Assembly: GCA_044356295.1 (NCBI GenBank)
Contig: JBIKWN010000005.1
Coordinates: 7,176 to 71,175 of the forward strand
Source: Bdellovibrionota bacterium
GTDB taxonomy: Bacteria > Bdellovibrionota_C > UBA2361 > JBIKWN01
Reading direction: 5' to 3'
DNA: 64,000 bases
This document shows positions 56,014-64,000 of this stretch, piece after piece. The position numbers were made by a program, and so were the translations under genes. A model generated the notes under the pieces. It was not told where the DNA came from, made no database searches, and worked only from the letters and a program-made list of their open reading frames with translations. Numbering within the stretch: position 1 is the stretch's first letter; every line of letters starts with the position of its first letter.

Positions 56014-56919
56014 ATGGCCCAATCACTCAGTCTTATCCCACAGCTCCTCATCAATGGCCTTATTACAGGTAGTATCTATGCTTTAGCAGCTGCTGGTTTG
56101 ACGCTGACTTATGTCTCGTTTCGAGTGCTCAATTTTGCACACGGAGCATTAGTCATGATTGGAGCATATTTATTTTATGCAGTTTTTATTCTTCGAGACG
56201 TAACATCACTTCTGCCCATAGTTCTTTTTCTACTCATAAGTGGTTTTATACTGTCTAGGTTTATTGATAGATGTTTTATAGCCCCATTTTCCAAAGTTCA
56301 TCCGATTCTTCCTTTTGTTTCAACACTTGCATTGGCGATATTAACTGAAGCAAGTGTTTCAATGATTTTTGGAGTCAATGTTCTTTCTCTTTCTACAGAG
56401 ATGAGTGATCTGATAGTTCTTCCTTTAGATCTCTCACTCACTGTTATGCAAGGATACTTTGTTGTTGTGAGTTTAATGACTCTTTGTGCTTTAGCACTCT
56501 ACTTAAACAAAAGTCTCTTTGGAAAACAGTTACTTGCACTTGCAGAATCACCAACGTATTTAGCTTCACTTGGTATATCTATTGACAACCGTCGAAGCGT
56601 TACTTTTTTTCTCGCTGTTGTTTTAGCATTTTTTGCCGGAATATTTTTAGGATTCGAAACAAATCTGCAACCAATGATGGGAAGCTCCATTATGATTAAA
56701 GCATTTGCCGCAATGGTATTGGGCGGTATGACTTCCCTGAGTGGAGCAATATTTGGAGCGTATCTCTTAGCAATTATTGAATCGTTAATGATCGGGTTAG
56801 ATTTCGGAGCATTCTCGGTGCCTGCAAGTTACAGAGACAGTATATCGTTGGTCTTTGTTATGTTTATTTTGTTAGTAAGACCACAGGGATTATTCTCAAA
56901 AAGGGGACGTGCTGCCTAA
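56014..56919 (+). CDS. livH: ABC transporter permease, branched-chain amino acid (LivH/HAAT) family
   Basis: Polytopic membrane protein with LivH-like N-terminal ...LINGLITGSIYALAAAGLTLTYVSFRVLNFAHG. Confidence 0.75.
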   Translation: MAQSLSLIPQLLINGLITGSIYALAAAGLTLTYVSFRVLNFAHGALVMIGAYLFYAVFILRDVTSLLPIVLFLLISGFILSRFIDRCFIAPFSKVHPILPFVSTLALAILTEASVSMIFGVNVLSLSTEMSDLIVLPLDLSLTVMQGYFVVVSLMTLCALALYLNKSLFGKQLLALAESPTYLASLGISIDNRRSVTFFLAVVLAFFAGIFLGFETNLQPMMGSSIMIKAFAAMVLGGMTSLSGAIFGAYLLAIIESLMIGLDFGAFSVPASYRDSISLVFVMFILLVRPQGLFSKRGRAA

Positions 56920-57791
56920 TGAATCCTTATCATACCCACATTCTTATATTGATAGAGATCTATGTTATTTTGTCTCTTGGACTTCAGATTGTTTTGGGTT
57001 GGGGAGGTTTGTTTAACCTTGCTCACATAGGACTGTTTGGAGTCGGTGCATATGTGGTGGCAGTTTTGACTACAGATTTTGCAATTTCACCGTGGACGGC
57101 ACTGATGCTAGCGCCAATTGGTGCTGTTGTGATGATGTATCCAATTTATTTAGTTAGTTTGAGATTAAAATCAGATTATTTTGCTATTGGCAGTCTTGCT
57201 CTTTCACTCTGTATTTCTAGTATCTTTATTAACTGGTCATCAGTGACCCACGGTGTACTTGGAATTGCCGGTATTCCGCGAATGAAGATCTTTGGTGTAA
57301 CCACTGATGAAGATCTCTTTTTTTTAATTGTTCTCAGTGTTGTGACTTTAGCTTTTATAATTTTTTCTTTAATACTAAAGTCTTCGCCATTCGGAAAATT
57401 TCTTCTCGCTCAAGCAGAATTTGAACATGCTGTCGATGCGTTAGGTGTTAGTGCAGCAAAGATGCGATCGATTGCATGTATATTGAGCGCAATTTATGCT
57501 GGAACTGCTGGTGGGTTCTTTGCGATGTATTTATCTTTTATTGACCCAACCTCATTTTCACTCTCAGAGATGGTATTTATCCTTTCAATTGTAATTTTAG
57601 CTGGACTTTTTTCGGTATGGTCAGTGATTGGGGCCACTATATTTTTAGTAGTACTACCCGAAGCACTACGGTTACCTGAAATGCCTTCATCAATTCTTGG
57701 ACCAGGGCGCCAATTTTTGTATGCAATGACTTTGTATTTAGTAGTGCTGGTTCGTGGAAAAAAAATATTCATAGCTCGGCGGGAAGTATAA
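56919..57791 (+). CDS. livM: ABC transporter permease, LivM-like
   Basis: Second polytopic permease. Its start overlaps the livH stop, and it has a LivM-like GWGGLFNLAHIGLFGVGAYV segment. Confidence 0.7.
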   Translation: MNPYHTHILILIEIYVILSLGLQIVLGWGGLFNLAHIGLFGVGAYVVAVLTTDFAISPWTALMLAPIGAVVMMYPIYLVSLRLKSDYFAIGSLALSLCISSIFINWSSVTHGVLGIAGIPRMKIFGVTTDEDLFFLIVLSVVTLAFIIFSLILKSSPFGKFLLAQAEFEHAVDALGVSAAKMRSIACILSAIYAGTAGGFFAMYLSFIDPTSFSLSEMVFILSIVILAGLFSVWSVIGATIFLVVLPEALRLPEMPSSILGPGRQFLYAMTLYLVVLVRGKKIFIARREV

Positions 57792-57797
57792 AACGAT

Positions 57798-58529
57798 ATG
57801 TTACGCTTAGATAGTATTGAGGTCTCTTTTGGTCAAACGAAAATTCTTCGAGGAATTTCAACTAGTTTTACTTCAACTACCGGTATCATTGGTCCGAATG
57901 GATCAGGAAAGACTACACTTTTTAATGCAATTTCGGGTTTTGTTCCAACGTTGAAAGGATCAATTAGAATTAATGATGATGAGCTTGTTGGTAAAACACC
58001 AGATGCAAGAGCAAGAATGGGACTCGGTCGAGTATTCCAAAATTTTGGAATTTTTCGAGAGCTTACTGTTATTGAAAATGTAAATCTTGCTCTGAGTGCA
58101 AAAGAGTCAATATGGAGGACTTTTATTCCTTCACCATCCCATTCAAGAAAAATTGAAAGTCATTCCGAATCATTTTTAGAAGCCGTCGGAATAGTTGAAA
58201 AACGAAATGAAAAAGCTGCAAATCTTTCAGGAGGTCAAATGAGACTTCTAGAAATTGCAAGAGCGTTAGCGATGGATGCTTCTGTTTATTTATTAGATGA
58301 GCCCACAGCTGGAGTTTCTCCGAAATTAAAAACAGAGGTAGCTCGCGCGATTAAGCTTCTTATAGATGCAAAAAAAACAGTTCTTATCATTGAACATGAT
58401 ATGTCCTTTATTAGGCAGTTTGTTGACCGAATCATTGTGCTTGATCAGGGACAGATTGTAGCAGATGGAGAGCCTGAAACAGTGACAGCTGATCCTAAAG
58501 TTCAAGAGATTTACTTTGGTAAGTCCTAA
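57798..58529 (+). CDS. livG: ABC transporter ATP-binding protein (LivG/LivF-like)
   Basis: Walker A GPNGSGKTT; ABC signature LSGGQMRLLEIARAL; Walker B YLLDEPTAG; H-loop. Confidence 0.85.
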   Translation: MLRLDSIEVSFGQTKILRGISTSFTSTTGIIGPNGSGKTTLFNAISGFVPTLKGSIRINDDELVGKTPDARARMGLGRVFQNFGIFRELTVIENVNLALSAKESIWRTFIPSPSHSRKIESHSESFLEAVGIVEKRNEKAANLSGGQMRLLEIARALAMDASVYLLDEPTAGVSPKLKTEVARAIKLLIDAKKTVLIIEHDMSFIRQFVDRIIVLDQGQIVADGEPETVTADPKVQEIYFGKS

Positions 58530-58630
58530 GTATTCCGTGCCCAAAGTTCGCTAAAACCCCTTAGATTTGCATGAGAAAATAATCAAGTTTAGACTCTTCA
58601 GTAACAGTCTTTATCCTGTGGAGCTATATT

Positions 58631-61318
58631 GTGAGTGAATTTAATCCTTCTTCTTTTGAATCAAAATGGCAGCAATACTGGGATAAAAATCAGACATTTA
58701 AAGTCGGAGCTCCTGGAGCAAAAAAATTTTATTGTTTAGACATGTTTCCGTATCCATCTGGTACAGGACTCCACATAGGACATCCGCTCGGTTATACAGC
58801 AACTGATATTTATTCACGTTTTAAAAGAATGAATGGGTTCTCTGTGCTTCATCCAATGGGATACGACGCATTTGGTTTACCAGCCGAACAGCATGCAGTA
58901 AATACAGGTGAGCATCCTGGAATTATAACAGAGAAAAACTGTGATGTGTTTACTGAGCAGATGAAAAAAATCGGCTTATCATACGATTGGAGTCGAGAGA
59001 TAAAAACTTGTACTGCTGATTATTATAAATGGACGCAGTGGATTTTTCTTAAATTATATAACTCTTATTTTTGCGAAAAAGAAAATAAAGCTCGTCCAAT
59101 TGAAGAATTAACAATTCCAAAAGAAGTTTCTGCAAAAGGTGAAGTTGCGATTCAACAATTTCAAGCAGAGCATCGATTAGCGTTTTATGCAGATGCAATG
59201 GTCAACTGGTGCCCTGCACTAGGAACCGTGCTTTCGAATGAAGAAGTCATAGACGGAAAATCAGAACGCGGTGGTCATGATGTATTCCGAAAACCAATGA
59301 AGCAGTGGATGCTTCGAATAACAAAATATTCTGAACGACTTCTTTCTGAGCTTGTTGATATAAATTGGCCTGAAGCAATCAAAGAGCAACAACGACACTG
59401 GATTGGAAAAAAAACAGGTGCAGAAATCGATTTCCTAATCGCTGGTAGTGATGATCACATAACCGCGTTTACAACTCGTGCTGATACGTTATTCGGTGTT
59501 ACTTTTTTTGTCATCGCCCCTGAGCATCCTTTTGTCTCTGTAATAACGACTAAAGAGCAATCAGAGAAAGTTAAAAAATATTGTGAAGATGCATCAAAAC
59601 TTTCTGACTTTGCACGAACCGTCGATAACCGTAAAAAAACAGGTGTCTTTACTGGTGGATACGTTATTAATCCAATTAGCGATGAAAAAGTACCAGTTTA
59701 TATCGGTGATTATGTTCTGAGTACCTACGGAACAGGTGCCGTTATGGGTGTTCCTGCTCATGATGAAAGAGACTTTGAATTCGCACGCACTTTTCAAATT
59801 GCAATTCGTCCAGTATTAGCGCCTGAAAATGGTACGCCTGATTTTATTACAGCTCTTTTAGAAGGGGAGGTTGCATTTCTTGATTCTGGAAAAATGCTTG
59901 CTTCCAAATATAAAATCGCCGAATTGCTCAAACTAGAAGGAAAGAAAAATACCGAAGCTCAGATTTTGATCTCTGATTGGTTAGAGAAAAACCAAAAAGG
60001 TAAAAAAGTTACAAACTATAAACTAAGAGATTGGCTTTTCTCTCGCCAAAGATATTGGGGTGAACCAATTCCAATCATTCATTGGGAAGATGGTACCGTA
60101 TCTTTTGTACCTGAAAATGAACTTCCGCTTGTTCTGCCTCAAGTAGAGGATTACAAACCATCTGATGGTGGTGAAAGTCCTTTGGCAAAAGCTAAAGATT
60201 GGCTCGATGTGGTTTGTTCAAAAACCGGTAAGAAAGGTCGTCGTGAAACCAACACAATGCCTCAATGGGCTGGGTCTTGTTGGTATTATCTTCGATTTAT
60301 CGATCCTACAAATGATAAAGCAGCTTGGGATCCGAAACTCGAAAAATCTTGGATGAATGTAGATCTTTATGTTGGTGGTGCTGAACATGCTGTACTGCAC
60401 CTTTTATATTCTCGGTTCTGGCATAAAGTCCTTTTTGATCTTGGTTATGTTTCAACAAGGGAGCCGTTCCAACGTCTTTATAATCAGGGGATGATACTTG
60501 CCCATGCGTATAAAGATTCCCGTGGTGCGTTAGTTCCAGTAGATGAAGTTACTGAAAAAGAAGATGGAACCTTCCTCCATCAGAAATCCGGTGGTTCAGT
60601 TGAGCGAATTATCGCAAAGATGAGTAAGTCATTAAAAAATGTGATTAATCCTGATTCTGTAATAGCAGAGTACGGGGCAGATACTCTTCGAATGTATCTG
60701 ATGTTTATGGGTCCTCTTGATATGGCGCGTGTTTGGGATTCAAAAGCGATTCAGGGGAATTATCGGTTTCTTAAACGTGTGTGGACATTGTTTTCAACTG
60801 GTGGAGGAAGCAAAGAAAAACTTGTTGATGATGCTTCCGTAAAATTAGAAGTTAAGAAAGCAATTCATAAAGCTGTTAAGAAAGTCACTGATGAAATTGA
60901 TCAGCTTAAATTTAATACTGCAATTTCAACTTTGATGGAATGTTTAAATAGTATCCATTCCGAAAATCTATCCAAGGACTTAGCAAGTCGATTTTTGAAA
61001 CTATTGTCACCGCTCGCACCTCATACAGCTGAAGAACTTTGGGAACTTCAGGGTTACAAAACTTCTGTTTCACTTGAAGCATGGCCAGCATTTGATGAAT
61101 CATTACTTGAGGAATCAGTAGTGAGCGTTGTTGTTCAAATTCAAGGCAAAAAGCGAGCACTTATTGAAGTATCGGTTGATGTAACAGAAGATGAGCTTAA
61201 GTCAAAATCAATTGAGGCACTTCAAGGAACCGAGTATCAAGTATCAGGATCAGAGAAGTTTATCTTTGTGAAAGTTCCGGGTTCTGGAGTGCCTAAGCTT
61301 GTAAATATTGTTAAGTAA
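58631..61318 (+). CDS. leuS: Leucine--tRNA ligase
   Basis: The N-terminus KFYCLDMFPYPSGTGLHIGHPLGYTATDIYSRFKRMNGFSVLHPMGYDAFGLPAEQ (HIGH motif), the KMSKS-equivalent KMSKSLKN, and the LeuRS editing-domain layout are all present. Confidence 0.95.
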   Translation: MSEFNPSSFESKWQQYWDKNQTFKVGAPGAKKFYCLDMFPYPSGTGLHIGHPLGYTATDIYSRFKRMNGFSVLHPMGYDAFGLPAEQHAVNTGEHPGIITEKNCDVFTEQMKKIGLSYDWSREIKTCTADYYKWTQWIFLKLYNSYFCEKENKARPIEELTIPKEVSAKGEVAIQQFQAEHRLAFYADAMVNWCPALGTVLSNEEVIDGKSERGGHDVFRKPMKQWMLRITKYSERLLSELVDINWPEAIKEQQRHWIGKKTGAEIDFLIAGSDDHITAFTTRADTLFGVTFFVIAPEHPFVSVITTKEQSEKVKKYCEDASKLSDFARTVDNRKKTGVFTGGYVINPISDEKVPVYIGDYVLSTYGTGAVMGVPAHDERDFEFARTFQIAIRPVLAPENGTPDFITALLEGEVAFLDSGKMLASKYKIAELLKLEGKKNTEAQILISDWLEKNQKGKKVTNYKLRDWLFSRQRYWGEPIPIIHWEDGTVSFVPENELPLVLPQVEDYKPSDGGESPLAKAKDWLDVVCSKTGKKGRRETNTMPQWAGSCWYYLRFIDPTNDKAAWDPKLEKSWMNVDLYVGGAEHAVLHLLYSRFWHKVLFDLGYVSTREPFQRLYNQGMILAHAYKDSRGALVPVDEVTEKEDGTFLHQKSGGSVERIIAKMSKSLKNVINPDSVIAEYGADTLRMYLMFMGPLDMARVWDSKAIQGNYRFLKRVWTLFSTGGGSKEKLVDDASVKLEVKKAIHKAVKKVTDEIDQLKFNTAISTLMECLNSIHSENLSKDLASRFLKLLSPLAPHTAEELWELQGYKTSVSLEAWPAFDESLLEESVVSVVVQIQGKKRALIEVSVDVTEDELKSKSIEALQGTEYQVSGSEKFIFVKVPGSGVPKLVNIVK

Positions 61319-61478
61319 TTCCTGGGGTCATATCTGTAACACCGCGACCTTCTGGAATACCTGCTGTTCGACAAGCATCCTTATATGAAATCGTTCCACC
61401 TTCAACGAGAAGCGCTAGCTCTTGTGATAAGAAAAATTTATCTTTTTATAAAAAGAAATACATGAGAAGGGAAGTAAA

Positions 61479-62579
61479 TCAACGAAGAGAGATTCCTGTA
61501 CCAGAAGTTATATGTTGAATCGTCAACATGCCACCTTGTTGCCTAAATCCTCCAATAAATGGATTTTCGACCATCCAAGCAGGCGTATCAAGATCATGAA
61601 AGCGGAACAAACCTGTTCCGAAACTAAGATGTGCAGAGCTTGTCATTGCAAGAATTGTTTCAACATTTCCGCCAATCATAAGTTCAATTCCAGAATCATG
61701 ACAAAGCTTTGCGATATCAAACGCTTCAACTAAGCCAGCCTTCATAATTTTTATATTTACAACGGGAGCACACTTCATATCGATAAGATTTTTTGCAGTA
61801 GATAGATCTTTAACGCTCTCATCTGCAGCAACAAGCACACCACTTTGGTCGCTCACTTTTTTTAATCCATCTAGATCATTTCCAGGAACAGGTTGTTCAA
61901 ATAGTAAAGGAATAATATTAAACTTTTTTAGTTCTTCAATAAGTCGTAATGCTTCATCTGCACTAAATCCTCCATTGCCATCAAGAATAAGTGGTGAATT
62001 CGGTGCTTGTGAGCGAATGACCTTTAGGCGTGCAACATCTCGGTCAATTCCTAAGCCTACTTTTGTTTTTATTACTCGGATCCCTCTGTTTTGAATTTCT
62101 TTTGTGGAGGAGATCGCATGCTCAATTGACTCTTCAAAACTATGATTACTATTTGTGGTGATAGTCATATCTGTTTCAATTGATCCAACCGAAGAAGCCT
62201 TGTCACCAAATATGGTATGAAGCGGAGAAGAATTATGACGAGACAATGCATCCAAAATGGCAATTTCAAGCGCACATCTCGCTGAGCCACTATGATGTAG
62301 TTCTTTTTTTAGATAATCGGAAATATGGCGCCAATCACGCACATCTGTATTGATGAGGGATGGTATAGCTAATTCGATAGCCTCACGTGCCATTTGTTGG
62401 GTTTCACCATTATATGGTGGCAGAGGTGCAGCTTCTCCGTAACCTATACTAGCGTCATTAAGACGAACGGTTACAAGAAGATTATTCGCACAAACTTGAG
62501 CACCACCAGAGATACCAAACGGCTCTGTCAATGGAACATTTAAATTGCAAACATGTATTGATGAAATTTTCGTATCCAT
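61479..62579 (-). CDS. Enolase-superfamily enzyme, mandelate racemase/muconate lactonizing family (dipeptide epimerase or o-succinylbenzoate synthase-like)
   Basis: KxK catalytic pair in IKTKVG, the metal ligands DGNGG, EQP and D-x-K, and the barrel-plus-capping-domain layout. Confidence 0.7.
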   Translation of the reverse strand: MDTKISSIHVCNLNVPLTEPFGISGGAQVCANNLLVTVRLNDASIGYGEAAPLPPYNGETQQMAREAIELAIPSLINTDVRDWRHISDYLKKELHHSGSARCALEIAILDALSRHNSSPLHTIFGDKASSVGSIETDMTITTNSNHSFEESIEHAISSTKEIQNRGIRVIKTKVGLGIDRDVARLKVIRSQAPNSPLILDGNGGFSADEALRLIEELKKFNIIPLLFEQPVPGNDLDGLKKVSDQSGVLVAADESVKDLSTAKNLIDMKCAPVVNIKIMKAGLVEAFDIAKLCHDSGIELMIGGNVETILAMTSSAHLSFGTGLFRFHDLDTPAWMVENPFIGGFRQQGGMLTIQHITSGTGISLR

Positions 62580-62736
62580 TTTAATAACAATTACAAAAAG
62601 TATAGCTTTAGAAGTAAAATAATACTGAATAATACAAGATATATGAACGGTTTCATATAATTCACAGGTGACTTAAAGTAAGAGGATGCAAAGCCTTACA
62701 ACGTATAAAATTCTCCTCAGAAAGAATAAAAGTGTG

Positions 62737-64000
62737 ATGGCATGGCTTATTGCTGTTTTGATTTCAGGTTTCTTTGCTTTTTGGAACTTAGGTTCCGAAT
62801 CGTATCATCCGGAGGATGAATCTTTGCACGTGTCTGTTGTTCAGCAGATGGTCTTTAATGATCATTTGCTTATACCTCATTCTGAAAAAGGTCCTTATTT
62901 CAATAAACCACCTTTAAAAATGTGGATGACGGTACCGTTAATTAAGATATTTGGCAGTTCCCCTTTTGTATATCGTTTCTGGGATGCGTTTTTTGGTTTT
63001 CTTACTATTCTTATGACCTTTTATTTAGGTAAGCATCTTTTCGATTCTTACCGAATTGGTATTTTTGCAGCACTCTTTCTTTGTAGTGCAACAATATTTT
63101 TGTTTGATCATTGTATACGTTCCGCGACGCAGGATAGTGCGGTGGTTCTGATTACTACGTTAGCTCTTTATTGGGGGTCTCAGTATCTTCACCAGACTAA
63201 AGTAGATAAAGTTATCCTATTATTACTCACTGTAACGACTGCGTTTGGTTTATTTGTAAAAAGTGTCGGCGCGTTACAAGGAATTTTAATGCTGATATTT
63301 GTCGCAATTTTATTTCGACAATCATTAAAGAAAATACTGCCCTTATTTCTTGTTGTATTGGTTGCTGCAATTCCAATTGCTTCCTATTTTTCTTGGATAT
63401 CATTGTTTCATAGCAGTGCTTTATCACATGCTTTGAATACTGAAATACTCAACCGCGTGGTACGTGGTTTACAAAGACGATATGAATATTTTTTCTATCT
63501 TGATCTAATATTTAACCGAAAAATGGCAATTGATGGTTTTGCATTTCTGATAGCAATTGTAACTGTGGCTTTTAGTTTTGCTCGTTATGAAAGTAAATTA
63601 AAACAAAACATCACTCTTGTAGCAGTTTTTGCAATCCTTCCTGTTGTAGCATTCTCTTTTGTGAGTACTCGGTTAGAGTGGTACATAGTGCCTGCATTAC
63701 CTGCGCAAGCTCTGCTTTGTGCGTTTGCATTATTCACTCTTTGGAACCACTGTATTACAGCTAAATCATTGGATTCTCATTCCAATTATTTTGTTACGAA
63801 AGCCGCCCTGATATCTTCATTTGGTGTAATGTTTTTCGGTCTTATCATCCACCTTCACTCAACTTCTCATAGAATAATTTTTCCTGTTGCAAAATCTTCG
63901 ATTTCTCAAATTGAAACAGCACTCGCAAATGAAAATGATATAAAAGGAGTTATTGTTCCAACTCAGATATTTAAAGAAGTACCTAGTCGATTCGAACGAG
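62737..64000 (+). CDS. GT83/PMT-family glycosyltransferase (ArnT-like membrane glycosyltransferase), partial at the window end
   Basis: Translation from the ATG at 62737 gives MAWLIAVLISGFFAFWNLGSESYHPEDESLHVSVVQQMV...FNKPPLKMWMTVPLIKIFG, the family's N-terminal hallmark, and then many TM segments. There is no stop before the window end, so the gene is absent from the ORF track. Confidence 0.65.
   Translation, partial: MAWLIAVLISGFFAFWNLGSESYHPEDESLHVSVVQQMVFNDHLLIPHSEKGPYFNKPPLKMWMTVPLIKIFGSSPFVYRFWDAFFGFLTILMTFYLGKHLFDSYRIGIFAALFLCSATIFLFDHCIRSATQDSAVVLITTLALYWGSQYLHQTKVDKVILLLLTVTTAFGLFVKSVGALQGILMLIFVAILFRQSLKKILPLFLVVLVAAIPIASYFSWISLFHSSALSHALNTEILNRVVRGLQRRYEYFFYLDLIFNRKMAIDGFAFLIAIVTVAFSFARYESKLKQNITLVAVFAILPVVAFSFVSTRLEWYIVPALPAQALLCAFALFTLWNHCITAKSLDSHSNYFVTKAALISSFGVMFFGLIIHLHSTSHRIIFPVAKSSISQIETALANENDIKGVIVPTQIFKEVPSRFER

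Overview
This 64-kb window comes from an AT-rich bacterial chromosome of roughly 38-42% GC, judged by eye from sampled 60-nt stretches. The gene content is Gram-negative-like. I could not assign a taxon; the flagellar gene order (fliL, fliM, fliN, fliO, fliP, fliQ, fliR, then flhB, flhA, flhF, flhG, fliA) and the many secreted calcium-binding repeat proteins would fit a Bdellovibrio-like or related lineage, but that is only a guess. The first 46 kb is ordinary core genome. At the window edge on the minus strand there is a partial valS-like aminoacyl-tRNA synthetase gene. Two tandem paralogous receiver-like proteins follow, then an Fe/Mn superoxide dismutase gene with a clean terminator, an LD-carboxypeptidase and a histidine phosphatase. 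A large flagellar locus runs from 5.5 to 22.4 kb: a FliK-like protein, motA, two MotB-like proteins, fliL through fliR, flhB, flhA, flhF, flhG, fliA and a receiver-histidine kinase hybrid. A cation-diffusion-facilitator transporter gene and a small acidic ORF are wedged between fliR and flhB. Downstream on the minus strand lies an apparent operon of nadB, a fur-family regulator, a HAD hydrolase, a chalcone-isomerase-like protein and an rRNA m5U methyltransferase. Further along are ribD, an MFS transporter, several hypothetical proteins, a greA-like gene, an rlmD-like gene in operon with a second methyltransferase, aroB, aroD type I, and a 906-aa Snf2-family helicase. The part most worth a second look is 46.5-55.9 kb, which starts at a tRNA-Asp(GTC) gene and behaves like an accessory island. 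It carries an orphan hypothetical gene, a BrnA-antitoxin-like protein with no BrnT partner, and a DUF4143-type AAA ATPase divergently paired with a GC-rich (about 50%) divergent PurA homolog. It also carries a 618-aa flagellin whose central region is a seven-repeat FG-GAP beta-propeller, and a 673-aa orphan protein. Three copies of a roughly 85-bp near-perfect palindrome punctuate the island, two of them forming roughly 120-bp direct repeats that bracket the flagellin gene. At least six copies of a roughly 22-bp motif (consensus CCTTTAGGGGACGCTCACCTTTATAA) sit mostly right after stop codons. After the island come a branched-chain-amino-acid-type ABC transporter (livHMG-like), leuS, an enolase-superfamily (MR/MLE) enzyme and a partial GT83 ArnT-like glycosyltransferase at the window end. 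I found no CRISPR array, rRNA, integrase or transposase.
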